Assembly (NCBI GenBank): GCA_964016885.1 | Contig: OZ024742.1 | Coordinates: forward strand, 269,514,001-269,578,000 | Direction of reading: 5' to 3' | Length of the DNA: 64,000 bases | Source: Eledone cirrhosa | Taxonomy: Eukaryota | In this document: positions 11,550 through 25,399 of the stretch, piece by piece | Position numbering within the stretch: position 1 is the first letter of the stretch | How the letters are laid out: each line of letters starts with the position of its first letter | Translations under genes and position numbers: made by a program | Notes under the pieces: model-generated | Databases searched by the model: none | What the model was told of the DNA's origin: nothing | Seen by the model: only the letters and a program-made list of their open reading frames with translations

Positions 11550-14500
11550 TTACAGATATATACTCAGAGTAGGCCCATTCACTCGGGCCATTCTTGCTTC
11601 TCTCACCCATCTTTCAACAAAATGCTGGGAAGAGAGCACTTCCCTCTCTACTCTGATTTTCCTTTTCAAATGAAATTTGAAAAAGTCAATCAGAGCATCA
11701 CCGAAGAGGTAAGTGCTCGTCTTCAGCCCTTTCAAACGTGTCCACCATACTATCTCTTTCGCCATGGCCACCAGACAGATAAAAACTGCCTGCCCTTCCC
11801 GGTTGAAGGAGGAGGGCGGGGCATCCTCACGATGGACTCAGATGATAGCCGGATCCGTCCTAAACGCGACAGCAGGTGTTCGACATGAACACACAAGTCA
11901 GCAATTTTCGGACACTGGACGAGTGCGTGCAGGACGGTTTCGTCGCCCTTCGCGCATCTCGGACACGCCCGGCTGACGGCACCTCCATGCCTATAGAGTT
12001 TATCCCGAACTGGCATGGCTCCTCGGTAGCACTGCCAGGCCAGAGATTTCTGGAAGTTGTCCATAGGCCCCGGCCCGAAAGTTCTTCCGAAGAGATTGGC
12101 TAGTTGATTTTCGTCGACGCCTAGAGTTTCCCCAAGTACGTCGTCGCTCTTCCCCTCCACTAATCCTCTATAGAACGCCGAGGTGGAGTTTCCACCGATC
12201 ACATTGCCCGATTGGTCGAGGGTTGTGAGCGCCTGAAGACATTCCAGTCTCCAGGCGCTCCCTCTCGGTCTTCGCTTGACCCAGGACTGCAGCTCCGTCA
12301 AGGAAACGAGGTGGGGAAATACGTGTCTAGCAAACGGCGACCACACCTGATCACCGTCGAGGAAGAGGTGGAGATGTCGTAGCCTGAGCGTGTGCCTGCG
12401 CATTATCAGCCCCAGCATGCCCAGCCCTCCACGTAGCGGGTGTTGACAACAGATGGACCGCCTGACCATCGGACCGCGTCCCTTCCACAAAAAGCGAAAG
12501 AGCAAACGCTCCAGCGCAGTCAGGCGAGGCTTAGGACAAGGTACGACGGTCAGGCGGTAGCAGATGACAGACGCGATGTACGCGTTAGCCACCTCCGCTC
12601 GACCTTTCAGGGATAGCTTCCTCTCCGCCCATTTCTGGGTGAGAGAAGCCACCCTGCTCGTCACCTCGTCCCAGGTTTTGTCCGTCTGGAGATCCGGACC
12701 GAACCAGACCCCTAGCAATTTAACCGGTCCGTCCGTCCAGCGTCCGACGACGCTGTTCGTTGGCATGGACCTGCCTCTCCAGGTGCCGAGCTGCAGGCCC
12801 ACTGACTTTTCCTGGTTGATCATTGCTCCTGTCAACGCTTCGTATTCTCTTAGTGTAGTGCCGATCGCCTGGATGTGTTTGGCGTTCGACGCCACTACGG
12901 TGACATCGTCCGCATATGCTGACACGGATCTTCCGCATCCTAGTTCGCGCGGGACGTCCCTCAACGTTTCCAGTTTGTGCAGTAATGGCTTGAGAGTCAA
13001 TACCTACAAGAGGGACGAGAGGTGACATCCTTGGCGGACCGAGCGCATGATGTTGAACGGTTCCTACAGGTGACGGTTCACTCTCACCACAGAGCAGATG
13101 TTGCTGTGCATGGCAGTGATCCAGCCTCTGAAGACGGGCCCAAAGCCAGCCGGCCTCAGGACTGCCGCTAGGTAACGATGGTCGACCCTATCGAAAGCTT
13201 TCGACTGATCTAAATTGATCGAGGACCCACCCGTGCCAGGTTCCCTAGCTACCCTCTCTACAATGTATCGCATGAGGTGGAGGTTGTCGTGGATGGATCT
13301 GTCGGGAATGGCGCGTGTCTGCGGCTCTCCCACCAGACCACCAACGACAAGCGCCAACCTCTTTCCTAGCACCTTGGCCAAAATCTTGAACTCTGTGTTT
13401 AGCAGAGTTATGGACCGGAAATTATCTATGTTATCCCCCTTGTTCGGATCCTTTCTCAGCAGTGCCACCGCTCCTCGGCTCACAGAACTGGGAATTCTCC
13501 CGTTCTGTTGCCAGTTGCAGTAGACGTCCGCCAAGAGGCCTCCGAACAATCCTGGCATCTGTACGTAAAGTTCATAGGGCAGAACATCCAAACCAGGCGA
13601 TTTACCCCTTGTGCAGCCAGTCATTGCCTCTCTTACTTCAGCGGCTATTATCGGCTTTTCGCAACACTTCGCCTCAGTGGCCGAGACCGCGGCAGTCCAT
13701 CGAGGTAGACACTACAGTCCATCCCTCGACCCGGCCCACCGCTTCCCCCGAACAGCTGAGCGAAGTGTCGCTGAAAAGCTTCACACATTTGCCCGGGATC
13801 GAGTAGCATGCGCCCGTCGTGGTCCACCAAAGACCGGATCGTGGCTTTGTTGCCACGACGCGCCTCCGGAACTCGGGCCCATTGAACGGCTTTCGTCCCC
13901 TCGTGTCTGAGAGCACGCACCCTTGCTCGGACAACGCAGCCTTCGTGCTTTGCATTGAAGAATTGGTCAAGGGCCAATTTTGCCGCAAGCACGTCGGTCG
14001 CAATGCCTTTGCTAAGCGCCTCGTCTAATTTTCTAACTAGTTCTCCCTCTGCTCTATCTTTCTCTATTGCTAAAGCCTTACTAAACCTAATGGATTCTAT
14101 TCTAATCGCTCTTTTCAGAGCAAACCACCACTTGTAGTTGACGATGGACCCCGTCAACGCCCGCTTAACTAGTTCGCTAATCCGGTCTCTGTAGGCCTTG
14201 CGCGCTGGTAAGGACGCGTTTAGCTTCCAGTAGCCGGGACCTCGTCTATGAAGCCTATCTAAGTCAAGCACACAGATCACGAATTTGTGGTCTGTGTAGC
14301 TGACTATCTTGAATTGTGGACAGCCTATGCTAGACCTATCTATTTCCCTACAAAATACTCTATCTAGATATGATCTGGATGACATTATGCGATTTGTCCA
14401 TGTCCACATTGGCACATTCGGGAAATCTAATCGGTAACTGTCAGACAGTTCAAAACGCCTGAGCAGGTTGGTGAGGCTCTTGCACCCTCCACCCCTATCC

Positions 14501-14966
14501 GCTAATCCCACACAGTCCCAGCGTGCATCTAAGATCCCGTTCCAGTCGCCCACTAACACTAAAGAGCGGGACTTTCCAATAAAGGTCTCCAGACGCCGGA
14601 AGAAATCAGGCCGCCCTGCTCCTGTCGGGGCATAGACGGCCACTAGCCTGAAAGCTTGCCTGTCTCCGCTGGTCACGTCCAGCACCACCAGCTTACCCTC
14701 TGGGTCCAGGAAGATGGCCCGTATGGCGAGATCCAAACCTCTCCGAAAAAGCACAGCAACTATTCCCCCGATCCAAGACGGCTGGGAGATGCGTACACAT
14801 CGTAGCCGCCGAAGATCGGTGCGAAAGCCCGTGCTTCGGAGATTCTGGTCTCGCTGATGGCCACTACATCTATGTTTAGTGACCTGAGGTCGTTGAGCAG
14901 GTGACCCTGCTTCCATGACGACCCCAAGTCACGCGCATTTATGCTGTCTATTCTGAGTGAGGTCAT
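11550..14966 (-). pseudogene. Tx1-like ORF2: APE endonuclease, RT, C-terminal Cys/His motif (frameshifted)
   Basis: MTSLRIDSINARDL..VVAISET, VAVYAP, VGDWN, SYLDRV, YTDHK, GYWKLN (APE); KSPGLD, DQSKAFDRVDH, AYADDV (RT); CPRCAKGDETVLHALVQC. Confidence 0.9.
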
Positions 14967-15001
14967 GTTTAAAATAGAGTGGAAAAGATGGGAAAGACCA
15001 C

Positions 15002-17100
15002 TTACCGTACTTTTCTTAGAGGAGGGATGGTTTTTACATCCCTTTTCACTTGATCGTCTGGTGAAGGGACCGTTGAATCGTCCCTTCGGCTGGTCGTCGG
15101 CTCTTCTATGAGTATGTCCGAATATACTCTTCGATTGATAGTTCCTCCTAGGTCCCTGAAATCACCAACAGCGTTGGGGAATTTCGTTTTAATGTTTGTG
15201 TATTGTTTCTGTGCTATTTTTAGCAGTCTTATGTTAGTTGGCGTTTTGATTGGTGCTGGTATTATGTAGTCGTGTTGTGAAATGTCTGTGTTCAATTATG
15301 TAAGTCATTAGTTTCTTGTTGTGTGTATTTATTGCCGTGCATTTGTTTTTCTGGGGGTGGGGTGTGGTTCTGCTATTTTCTTGTCGTTGTTGCTGGGTGT
15401 GTGTGTTTTGTTGTTGTGTTTGCGATGTTGGTGCTTGTGGTGGTGGTATTGAAGGTGTTGTTGGCGGTGGGGTTTTCGCCGGTGGTGATGGTGGTGCTAG
15501 TGTGGGTGGTGATGGTGTTGGTGGTGTTGCTGCTGTGAGTCTCTTTGCAGTAGACTTTACCCTTTTCTCATTTCTTTCCTCCCTTTTCAAAGGCGACGAT
15601 GCGCTGCTTCTGCGTTTGTGCCTTCTTACGACCTTTTGCCATCCCTCTCCCACCTCACACTTCATGTCTGATTCTGTGAGGTCGGGGAGGGGTACCAGCT
15701 CCACCCTTTCACTTGTTGTTGTTGGTGATGTTTGCACTGGAGTCTCTGTTGCAGCTGCATTTGGTATTGCTGTTGTTGTTGTTAATATTTCCACTGCTGC
15801 TGCTGTTTTTGATTTCCGTGGCGTGGGTATGGGTGCCACGGACCTATCGTTCCTGGTTACCGCTTGTCCTGTTGCTGGTAGCCGTGGAGCCGGTTTCGGA
15901 AGGAGGGGGGTTTTCTCCATTCTTAGGGACTTCTCGTTGCAGAAGGCCTGAGGTGATTCTTCGATCCACAGCGAAAGCCTTTCGGGTGTTTGCCCTCAAC
16001 ACTTATGGGCAGTTGAGTGCCGTTATCGAAATCTATCACATCCGGGATAGCTTCGAGGCACTCCTGGTTGGTTTGGTTTAACATCTCAATGGAGGTGCCG
16101 ACCCAATCTTCTCTTACTTTTTTCTGTACTTGCAGTACAGTTGTTTTGTCCTCGATTCCGACGAGGACAGACGCGGCCAGCCAAGAGGCGCCATCCCGGG
16201 GGAGTCGTGGGTCAGTTTGACCCTCACAATTTTTTGCCCGCAGTAGGAGGGCACCAACACCAATTCCTCGCTCCTTAGGGTCACTACGGATTGAGCCTTT
16301 TCCTCCTGGGGTGTGGCAAAATGTACGTCTACGGTGGCATATTTTTTGCCTCGGGTGATGTGCCTTTTCCGCTGCCACACAGACCCCAAGGCTTTTTGTA
16401 TTTGAGCCTCTGTGGCTCTTTCAACCCTACGGGATTTTGTACTTACTATACGGTATGTGACCGTACAGTGCTGTTGGGTTTCCAAAAATGTTTCCGCTGC
16501 CTTGCAGATTGCTCGGTGTCCGGTCTTTGTCACCATCTTCTTCGCTTCCTCTAATTCCTCATTTGTTATGAGGATTGTTTCCAGGTTCTTTGCGATACCT
16601 GCAAACGAGATTGGTTTTTCTTTGCTGCTGTTGTTGTTGTCGTCGTCAGAGCTGCTGTTACTTTTGTTGTTGCTGCAGGTACTACGACTACTGCCTCCGC
16701 CGCTGTTGCTGTGGTTGTTGTTGGTGTTGCTGCTGCTAATGCTGTTGTTGTTTATGCTGCTGGTAGTGCTGTTGCGGCTGTTACTTTTGTTTTCATTGTC
16801 ACTGTTGCTGTTGTGATTACGGCTGCTACTGCTATTATTCCTGACGTCAGACGAATGAAATGGGTTTTCGTATTTCCCGCAAACCTGTTTCGCCGTTGTC
16901 GTCGTCGTCGTGGAGAAATCTTGCACGCTTTGCACGAGACTTTTCTTTTCTGTCGTCGCTTGCGAAAGAGAAGGGAGGGAGAGAGACACATTTAAAGAAG
17001 GGAAGGAGAGAGACAATCTTCTTTCTGCTGTAGTGACGATTGAGCAAGAAGAAGACGGAATGAGTGGGAGTGACCTATGAAAATTCTTTTTCGTAACCAT
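15002..17100 (-). pseudogene. Tx1-like ORF1 (gag-like, frameshifted)
   Basis: Fragments 16114-17100, 15923-16378, 15234-15920 and 15002-15295 are colinear. Contains SFAGIAK, a decayed CX2CX4HX4C knuckle (GFRCGSKNHLR/AFC) and a Pro/Thr-rich tail. Ends 36 nt before the ORF2 ATG. Confidence 0.75.
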
Positions 17101-17340
17101 GTTGTTTTTTTTTGTTTAAAATAAATATTGGGCACAAAACCTCAATAAGCAGTTATTTAACCCCGAAGGGCCAAATAACGGGCAGAAAGACCCCTCTCAC
17201 GAGTAGGAGGGTGTTTTTGTCTACAAGTTCGTTAAAGTTTTAAACAATTTACAATTGTTATAGCATACAAAATTTACAATACCTTACAGAGCCGAGCCTC
17301 CGTCAACCATAGCATTCAATAATAATAATAATAATAATAA

Positions 17341-20300
17341 AAACGTAAAGAAAAAAAAATGAAGAGAGAAACAAGCGGACGGACAGAGAAGAGAAGGGAT
17401 AAACTAAGTCAGACATTCGAACACTACATTAAAATGAAACTTATGCTTATTCATTTTTTGGGTTTTTCTGCCTGTTTGTTTGTTTGTTTATTTATGTTCG
17501 TCTACAGCGTGGTGATAATGCCACACAAGAGCCAAGTGGAGTGACGCAACCACCGGAGACGGTGAATCCACAGATGGTTATGTAACCATACATTCGCCAA
17601 TCCTCAATAAGAGTGTTTAAATATCGAACCTAAACAGTTCGAATAACGGTGAAATGGAGACTAGAACGTCATGTGACAGACTCTCACCCAACAGGTGCTC
17701 CCTGGCTCAGAAGCAGGAACCTGGCTGTCAACCAAATACTGCTGGTGTCGGAGGAAGAAGAAGAAGGAAAGGGACCAGAACCAACTGGACGAAAGAATTG
17801 AATAGAACTGTTATGCAATGTTACCTGAAAAGTAACCCCGAGGAGAGGGGCTACAGGAGACGGATGCATAACATCTGGAACGAGATTGGTCTATTTGAAT
17901 TAGATGAACAAAAATTGGCCGGGCAGGCTCGGGTAATAAGAACTAATGGGTGGATAAGCGAGCTGGAACTGGAGGAACTGAGCAGAGAGATTAGCTTGGA
18001 GATGGAGGGTGGAGTATGCCAGGCAAACGAGCCAGTGGGAAATGAAGGTGAAGAGGTCGAGAGAACGGAGGAACCACCCGAAGCAGACAATGATCTGAAT
18101 ACTGAGATAAATAATACCTGGAAAAGAGATACGGCCACTGAGGAGATGAATGCTGGCGGGCTAGGACAAGATTCGGTTGACATCCTAAATTTAGTTATAG
18201 ATGAATTGAACAATGATAGTGGGAGACCTATGAACCTAAGATTTGTAGACAGGAAAAAGTTAAAAGAAACAACAGCTAAGGTAAACAAAGTCATCCCATA
18301 CCTTGAGGCGAGGAGCCTTCACCAGTGCAACAATATCCTCAAAGCAACAGCAAATACTTGGTATAAAAGCGAGAGGAAACAACAGACAAGAAAGAGCAGA
18401 TCCTTGGTGGAAGAAACGACTGAGTGGTCAAATCAGGGAAATTAGAAATAACATTGGAAAGCTTGAGTCACTACTGAATGGGACACTAAAAAAAGGCACT
18501 AAAAATAGACTGGAAATAAAGTACAAAACTAGGAGGAAAAAGCTAAATATTATCATAGAGGAACTGAAGCAACGCATTGTAGCAAAGAGTGCAAAAATCA
18601 GGCGATACGAGAACAGAGTCAGTCAGTATAAACAGAACCGCATGTTCGACAACAACCAGAAGATGCTGTTTGGACAGTTTGAGGGGAAAGAAAGAGGCAA
18701 CGACTTGATCCCTGAGGCGGAACAAACTAAAACATTCTGGAGAGGAATATGGGAGCAGGATGTTAGACATAATGACCAGGCAGGGTGGATTGAGACAGTA
18801 CAGAGGGAGATCGGTGAGCAGGCACACCAACAAACTGATTTGAGTATCACAGTTGAAACTCTTAAGGGGCAGGCCAAAAAACTAACCAACTGGAAATCAC
18901 CAGGCCCAGATGGTGTGCAGGGATATTGGATTAAAAATATAACATCCCTCCACCCGAAACTGACAACCATGTTCAATGACTGCTTGATGTCAGGTGAGGT
19001 ACCAGGGTGGTTGACAAAAGGTACCACAGTTCTGATAATGAAAGACCGAATTAAGGGTAATGATGTTACCAACTATAGACCTATCACATGTCTGTCCGTA
19101 ATGTGGAAACTGTTGACGAGCATTGTGTCTGAGGAAATCTACCATCACCTCCACACAAACAACTTGTTACCGGACGAACAGAAAGGATGCCGAAAGAAGT
19201 CACGTGGTACAAAGGACCAGTTACTTATTGATAAGGTGGTAATGGGGAATTGCAGGAGGAGACACACTGATCTTGCCATGGGATGGATAGACTACAGAAA
19301 GGCATTTGACATGGTGCCTCATTCTTGGATCACCAAAAGCCTGGAGATCTTCAAGGTGGCAGATAACATCAGACAGTTTTGGGGCAAGAGTATGAGTTCC
19401 TGGGAAACAGAGTTGACATCAACTGGAGATTCCTTTGGGAGCGTGAAGATCAAGAGAGGACAGGCTATCTCCAGGGAGATAGCCTGTCCCCTCTGTTGTT
19501 TGTCCTTGCCCTGATGTCCCTGACCAGTGTACTGCGAAAAGTGAGAGCAGGATATGGGTTGGGAAAGGGAGGGCTTACTATCAATCACCTACACTTCATG
19601 GACGATCTTAAGCTCATCGGGAAGAGTGAGAAGGACTTGGATGTGCTTGTTGACACTGTCCGTATTTTCAGCAGTGATATATGTATGCAGTTTGGTATTA
19701 GTAAGTGTGGAGTCATTGTGATGAGGAGGGGTAGGTTGAGCAGAAGTAACGGAATCCAGATACCAACAGGCTAGATGATAAAGGAAATTGACTCTGAGGA
19801 AGGATACAAGTATTTGGGCGTTGTGGAGGCTGATGGCATAAAGAACAAAAAAATGAAGGAATTGTTAAGAACTGAATACATTCGGAGAATAAGGAGCGTA
19901 TTGAAGTCACATCTGAACAGCAGAAATGCCATAAGCGCAGTAAATTCCCGAGCTGTGTCTATTATTAGGTACAGTGCGGGAATTCTGAGATGGAATGTTG
20001 CTGAAAAAAAGAAATGGATAGGAAGACTAGGAACCTATTGACTATCTACAACATATTCCACAAGAGGAGTGATGTCGATAGACTCTACCTAAGGAGATCT
20101 GAGGGTGGAAGAGGTCTTATCAGCATAGAGGACTGTGTTCAGATGGAGAAAAACAACCTACACAAATACGTGACTGATAGTAGGGAGCCAATGCTCAGAA
20201 CTGTACTGAAGGAGGGGACAACAGGCCAGGGGATGTCCAAGGAGGAAATAACATCAAGGAGAAAGAGCAGCCTTCAGGAAAAATTCCTTCATAGTACCTT

Positions 20301-20893
20301 CTTTGAGAAAACTGAATTTAGAGATCCACAGACATGGAACTGGTTGAGAAGAGGAGACCTTAAAAAGGCTACAGAAGGAATGTTAATGGCTGCGCAGGAG
20401 CAGGCCCTCAAAACGAAGTGGTTGAAACACCATATTTACAAGGAGGAGGCTAGCCCCCTCTGCAGGATACAGACGGACAAGAAACTGGAACACTATAGAC
20501 CTGACCTGGTGGTTGTGGACAAAGAAAAAAGATGGTGTATGATTCTGGATGTGGCCTGGCCAATAGACACGAGAGTGCAAGAGAAGGTGAGGGAGAAAAC
20601 TAACCGATACCAGGACCTAAAGTGGGAGGTAAAAAGGATTTGGAACTGCCCTGAAGTCCAAGTTATCCCGATTGTCATAGGCGCACTGGGGACTATCTCA
20701 AAAAGTTTCCAGGGATGGTTAAAGAAAATTGGCCCCTTCACGCTTTTTGGAACCTTTCAAAAGGCATGCTTGCTGGGAACAGCAAGAACCCTCCGATACG
20801 TCCTGAATATCTGAGGCTGCAGGTAGTGGCTTGATATTCATTCCAACGGACTTTCCAGTTAACTAACATCAATGACTGAGATTCAAGGAATAA
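17341..20893 (+). mobile_element. R4/Dong-like element, copy 4 (5' UTR truncated, decayed, subfamily B)
   Basis: ORF 17654-20814 with frameshifts, a stop at 19772-19774 and internal deletions near 18355 and 20465. Same 3' UTR and (AAT)n tail. Confidence 0.92.
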
Positions 20894-20904
20894 CAACAAT
20901 AATG

Positions 20905-20953
<49 letters not shown>

Positions 20954-20955
<2 letters not shown>

Positions 20956-23900
20956 GGCTATAAATGGAAGAAGAACCCCTCCCCTCCTCTCCTCTGGCTA
21001 CACTATATAGGACAGCTAAACTCACCAACACCAGAAACTAGATACACCACCCACCCCATCATCTGTGTACACTAAACACAACAGCCAGATAACGACACAT
21101 TTTCACCTTCACCGCCACCGCTCACTACGGCCATCATTACCACCACTATCCCAGCACCGCCGCCACCATCCCTTGACTCCGCTACAGCACCATCACTACA
21201 GTAATACGGTCACATCACCGCCACCACTGCCTCGGTATCGACATCACCACCACCACTGTCTCAGTATCGCTAACGCCGCCAGTCTCCCACTTCCCTGCTG
21301 GCTGCTACTTCCACATTATAGAATTCCTACTACTAACAAAGAGGAAGGCATCAAAATATATAGATAGACCCAAAAGAAAAAAGAAAAAACAAACAACAAA
21401 ACCAAAGCAGCACAGCAACAACAGCAAAAAACGAGAAAAACAAACAGAGAAAAACAAAAACAAAAAAAAGAAACCCCAAAAACGTAAAGAAAATAAGAAT
21501 GAAGAGAGAAGCAGGCGGACGGACAGAGAAGAGGGGGGAAAAAGTAAAACTTAAAAAACTAAAACTAAGTCAGACATTCGAACACTACATTACAATGAAA
21601 CTTATGCTTATTCATTTCTGGGGCCCTTTCTGCCTGTGTGTTTGTTTGTTTATGTGTGTTCGTATACAGCGTGGTGATAATGCCACACAAGGGCCAAGTG
21701 GAATGGCGGATCCACAGATGGCTATGTAAACATACATTCGCCAATCCTCGATAAGAGTGTTTAAATATCGAACATAAACAGTTCGAATAACGGTGAAATG
21801 GAGACTAGAACGTCATGTGACAGACTCTCACCCAACAGGTGCCCCCTGGCTCAGCAGCAGGAACCTGACTGTCAACCAAATACTGCTGATGTTGGAGGAA
21901 GGAGAAGAAGGAAAGGGGCCAGAACCAACTGGACGAAAGAATTGAATAGAACTGTTATGCAATGCTACCTGAAAAGTAACCCCAAGGAGAGGGGCTACAG
22001 GAGACGGATACATAATATCTGGAACGAGATTGGTCTATTTAAATTAGATGAACAAAAATTGGCCGGGCAGGCTCGGGTAATAAGAACTAATGGGTGGATA
22101 AGCGAGCTGGAACTGGAGGAACTGAGCAGAGAGAATGGCTTGGAGATGGCGGGTGTAGTATGCCAGACAAGCGAGCCGGTGGGAAATGAAGGTGAGGAGG
22201 TCCTGAGAACGGAGGAACCACCCGAAGCAGACAATGATCTGAGTACTGAGATAAATAATACCTGGAACAGAGATACGGCCATTGAGGAGATGAATGCTGA
22301 CGGGCTAGGACAAGATTCGGTTGACATCCTAAATTTAGTGGTAGATGAATTGAACAATGATAGTGGGAGACCTATGAACCTAAGATTTGTAGACAGGATA
22401 AAGTTAAAAGAAACAAAGGCTAAGGTAAACAAAGTCATCCCATACCTTGAGGCGAGGAGCCTTCACCAGTGCAACAATATCCTCAGAGCAACAGCAAATA
22501 CGGTGAGGAAACTACTTGGTATAAAAGCGAGAGGAAACAACAGACAAGAAAGAGCAGAGCCGTGGTGGAAGAAGCGACTGAGTGGGCAAATCGGGGAAAT
22601 GAGAAATGACATAGGAAAGCTTGAGTCACTACTGAATGGGACACTAAAAAACATAGGCACTAAAAATAGACTGGAAATAAAATACAAAACTAGGAGTAAA
22701 AAGCTAAATATTATCATAGAGGAATTGAAGCAACGCATTGTAGCAAAGAGTGCAAAAATCAGGCGATACGAGAACAGAGTCAGTCAGTATAAACAGAACC
22801 GCATGTTCGACAACAACCAGAAGATGCTGTTTGGACAGCTTGAGGGCAAAGAAAGAGTCAACGACTTGATCCCTGGGGCGGAGCAAACTAAACATTCTGG
22901 AGAGGAATATGGGAGCAGGATGTTAGACACAATGCCCAGGCAGGGTGGATTGAGACAGTACAGAGGGAGATCGTTGAGCAGGCACAGCAACAGACTGATT
23001 TGAGTATCACAGTTGAAACTCTTAAGAGACAAGCCAAAAAACTAACCAACTGGAAATCGCCAGGCCCAGATGGTGTGCAGGGGTATTGGATTAAACATCT
23101 AACATCCCTCCACCCGAAGCTGACGGCCATGTTCAATGACTGCTTGGTGTCGGGTGAGGTGCCAGAGTGGTTGACAAAAGGTACCACAGTTCTGATAATG
23201 AAAGACCGAATCAAGGGTAATGATGCTACCAACTATAGACCTATCACATGTCTGCCCGTAATGTGGAAACTGTTGACGAGCATTGTGTCTGAGGAAATAT
23301 ACCATCACCTCCACACAAACAACTTGTTACCGGACGAACAGAAAGGATGCCGAAAGAAGTCACGTGGTACAAAGGACCAGTTGCTTATTGATAAGATGGT
23401 AATGGGGAATTGCAGGAGGAGACACACTGATCTTGCCATGGGATGGATAGACTACAGAAAGGCATTTGACATGGTGCCTCATTCCTGGATCACCAAAAGC
23501 CTGGAGATCTTCAGGGTGGCGGATAACATCAGACAGTTGCTAGGCAGGAGTATGGGGTCCTGGGAGACAGAGTTGACATCAACTGGAGTATCCTTGGGAA
23601 GCGTGAAGATCAAGAGAGGTATCTTCCAGGGAGATAGCCTGTCCCCTCTGTTGTTTGTCCTTGCCCTGATGCCCTTGACCATTATGCTGCGAAAAGTGAG
23701 AGCAGGATACAAGTTGGGAAGGGGAGAGCTTACCATCAATCACCTCCTCTTCATGGACGATCTTAAGCTCTTCGGGAAAAGTGAGAAGGAGTTGGATGTG
23801 CTTGTTGACACTGTCCGTATTTTCAGCAGTGATATATGTATGCAGTTTGGTATTGGTAAATGTGGAGTCATTGTGATGAAGAGGGGTAGGTTGAGCAGAA

Positions 23901-25269
23901 GTAACGGGATCCAGATACCAACAGGTGAGATGATAAAGGAAATTGACTCTGAGGAAGGATACAAGTATTTGGGCGTTCTGGAGGCTGATGGCATAAAGAA
24001 CAAAAAAATGAAGGAATTGTTAAGAACTGAATACATTCGGAGAGTAAGGAGCGTATTGAAGTCACATCTGAACAGCAGAAATGCCATAAGCGCAGTAAAT
24101 TCCCGAGCTGTGTCTATTATTAGGTACAGTGCGGGAATTCTGAGATGGAATGTTGCTGAACAGAAAGAAATGGATAGGAAGACTAGGAAGCTATTGACTA
24201 TCTACAACATGTTCCACAAGAGGAGTGATGTCGATAGACTCTACCTAAGGAGATCTGAGGGTGGAAGAGGTCTTATCAGCATAGAGGACTGTGTTCAGAT
24301 GGAGAAAAACAACCTATACAAATACGTGACCTATAGTAAGGAGCCAATGCTCAGAGCTGTACTGAAGGAGGGGACAGTAGGCCAGGGGATGTCCAGGGAG
24401 GAAATAACATCAAGGAGGAAGAGCAGCCTTAAGGGAAAACCCCTTCATAGTACCTTCTTTGAGAAAACTGAATTTAGAGATCCACAGACATGGAACTGGT
24501 TGAGAAGAGGAGACCTCAAAAAGGCTACAGAAGGAATGCTAATGGCTGCGCAGGAGCAGGCCCTCAAAACGAAGTGGTTGAAGCACCATATCTACAAGGA
24601 GGAGGCCAGCCCACTGTGCAGGATCTGTGGAGAGAGAGAGGAGACTGTGGCTCACATTGTGTCCGAGTGTAAACACCTAGCCCAGACCCACTATAAGGGC
24701 TGGAGACACGATGTGATGGGCAGGGTGATCCACTGGCACCTGTGCAAAGCAAACAATCTACCACATTCTGAGAAATGGTATGAGCATAGGCCAGAGGCGG
24801 TGATGGAGAACAATCAGGTGAAGGTGCTGTGGGATTTTAGGATACAGACGGACAAAAAACTGGAACACAATAGACCTGACCTGGTGGTTGTGGACAAAGA
24901 AAAAAGATCGTGCCTGATTGTGGATGTGGCCTGCCCGTTCGACACGAGAGTGCAAGAGAAGGAGAGGGAGAAAATTAACCGATACCAGGACCTAAAGTGG
25001 GAGGTGAAAAGGATTTGGAACTGTCATGAAGTCAAAGTGATCCCGATTGTCATAGGCGCACTGGGGACTATCTCCAAAAGTTTCCAGGGATGGTTAAAGA
25101 AAATCGGCCCCTTCACGCTTTTTGGAACGCTTCAAAAGGCATGCTTGCTTGGAACAGCAAGAACCCTCCGATACGTCCTGAATATCTGAGGCTGCAGGTA
25201 GTGGCTTGATATTCAATCCAACGGACTTTCCAGTTAACCAACATCAATGACTGAGATTCAAGGAATAAC
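20954..25269 (+). mobile_element. R4/Dong-like element, copy 5 (full length, subfamily A)
   Basis: Same 5' start as copy 3 and near identical to it throughout. Confidence 0.94.
21798..25189 (+). pseudogene. R4/Dong-like ORF with a single 1-nt frameshift near 22890
   Basis: ORFs 21798-23003 and 23000-25189 join to the copy-3 protein if one A is restored (actaaacattc versus ctaaaacattc). Confidence 0.88.

Positions 25270-25399
<130 letters not shown>

Larger units (their letters stand above)
11288..17317 (-). mobile_element. Full-length Tx1/L1-group non-LTR retrotransposon inserted antisense into an (AAT)n spacer
   Basis: Two ORFs with frameshifts. Minus-strand AATAAA at 11294-11299 is followed within 6 nt by (ATT)n. 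The 5' end at 17317 abuts (AAT)n 17318-17340. Confidence 0.9.
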
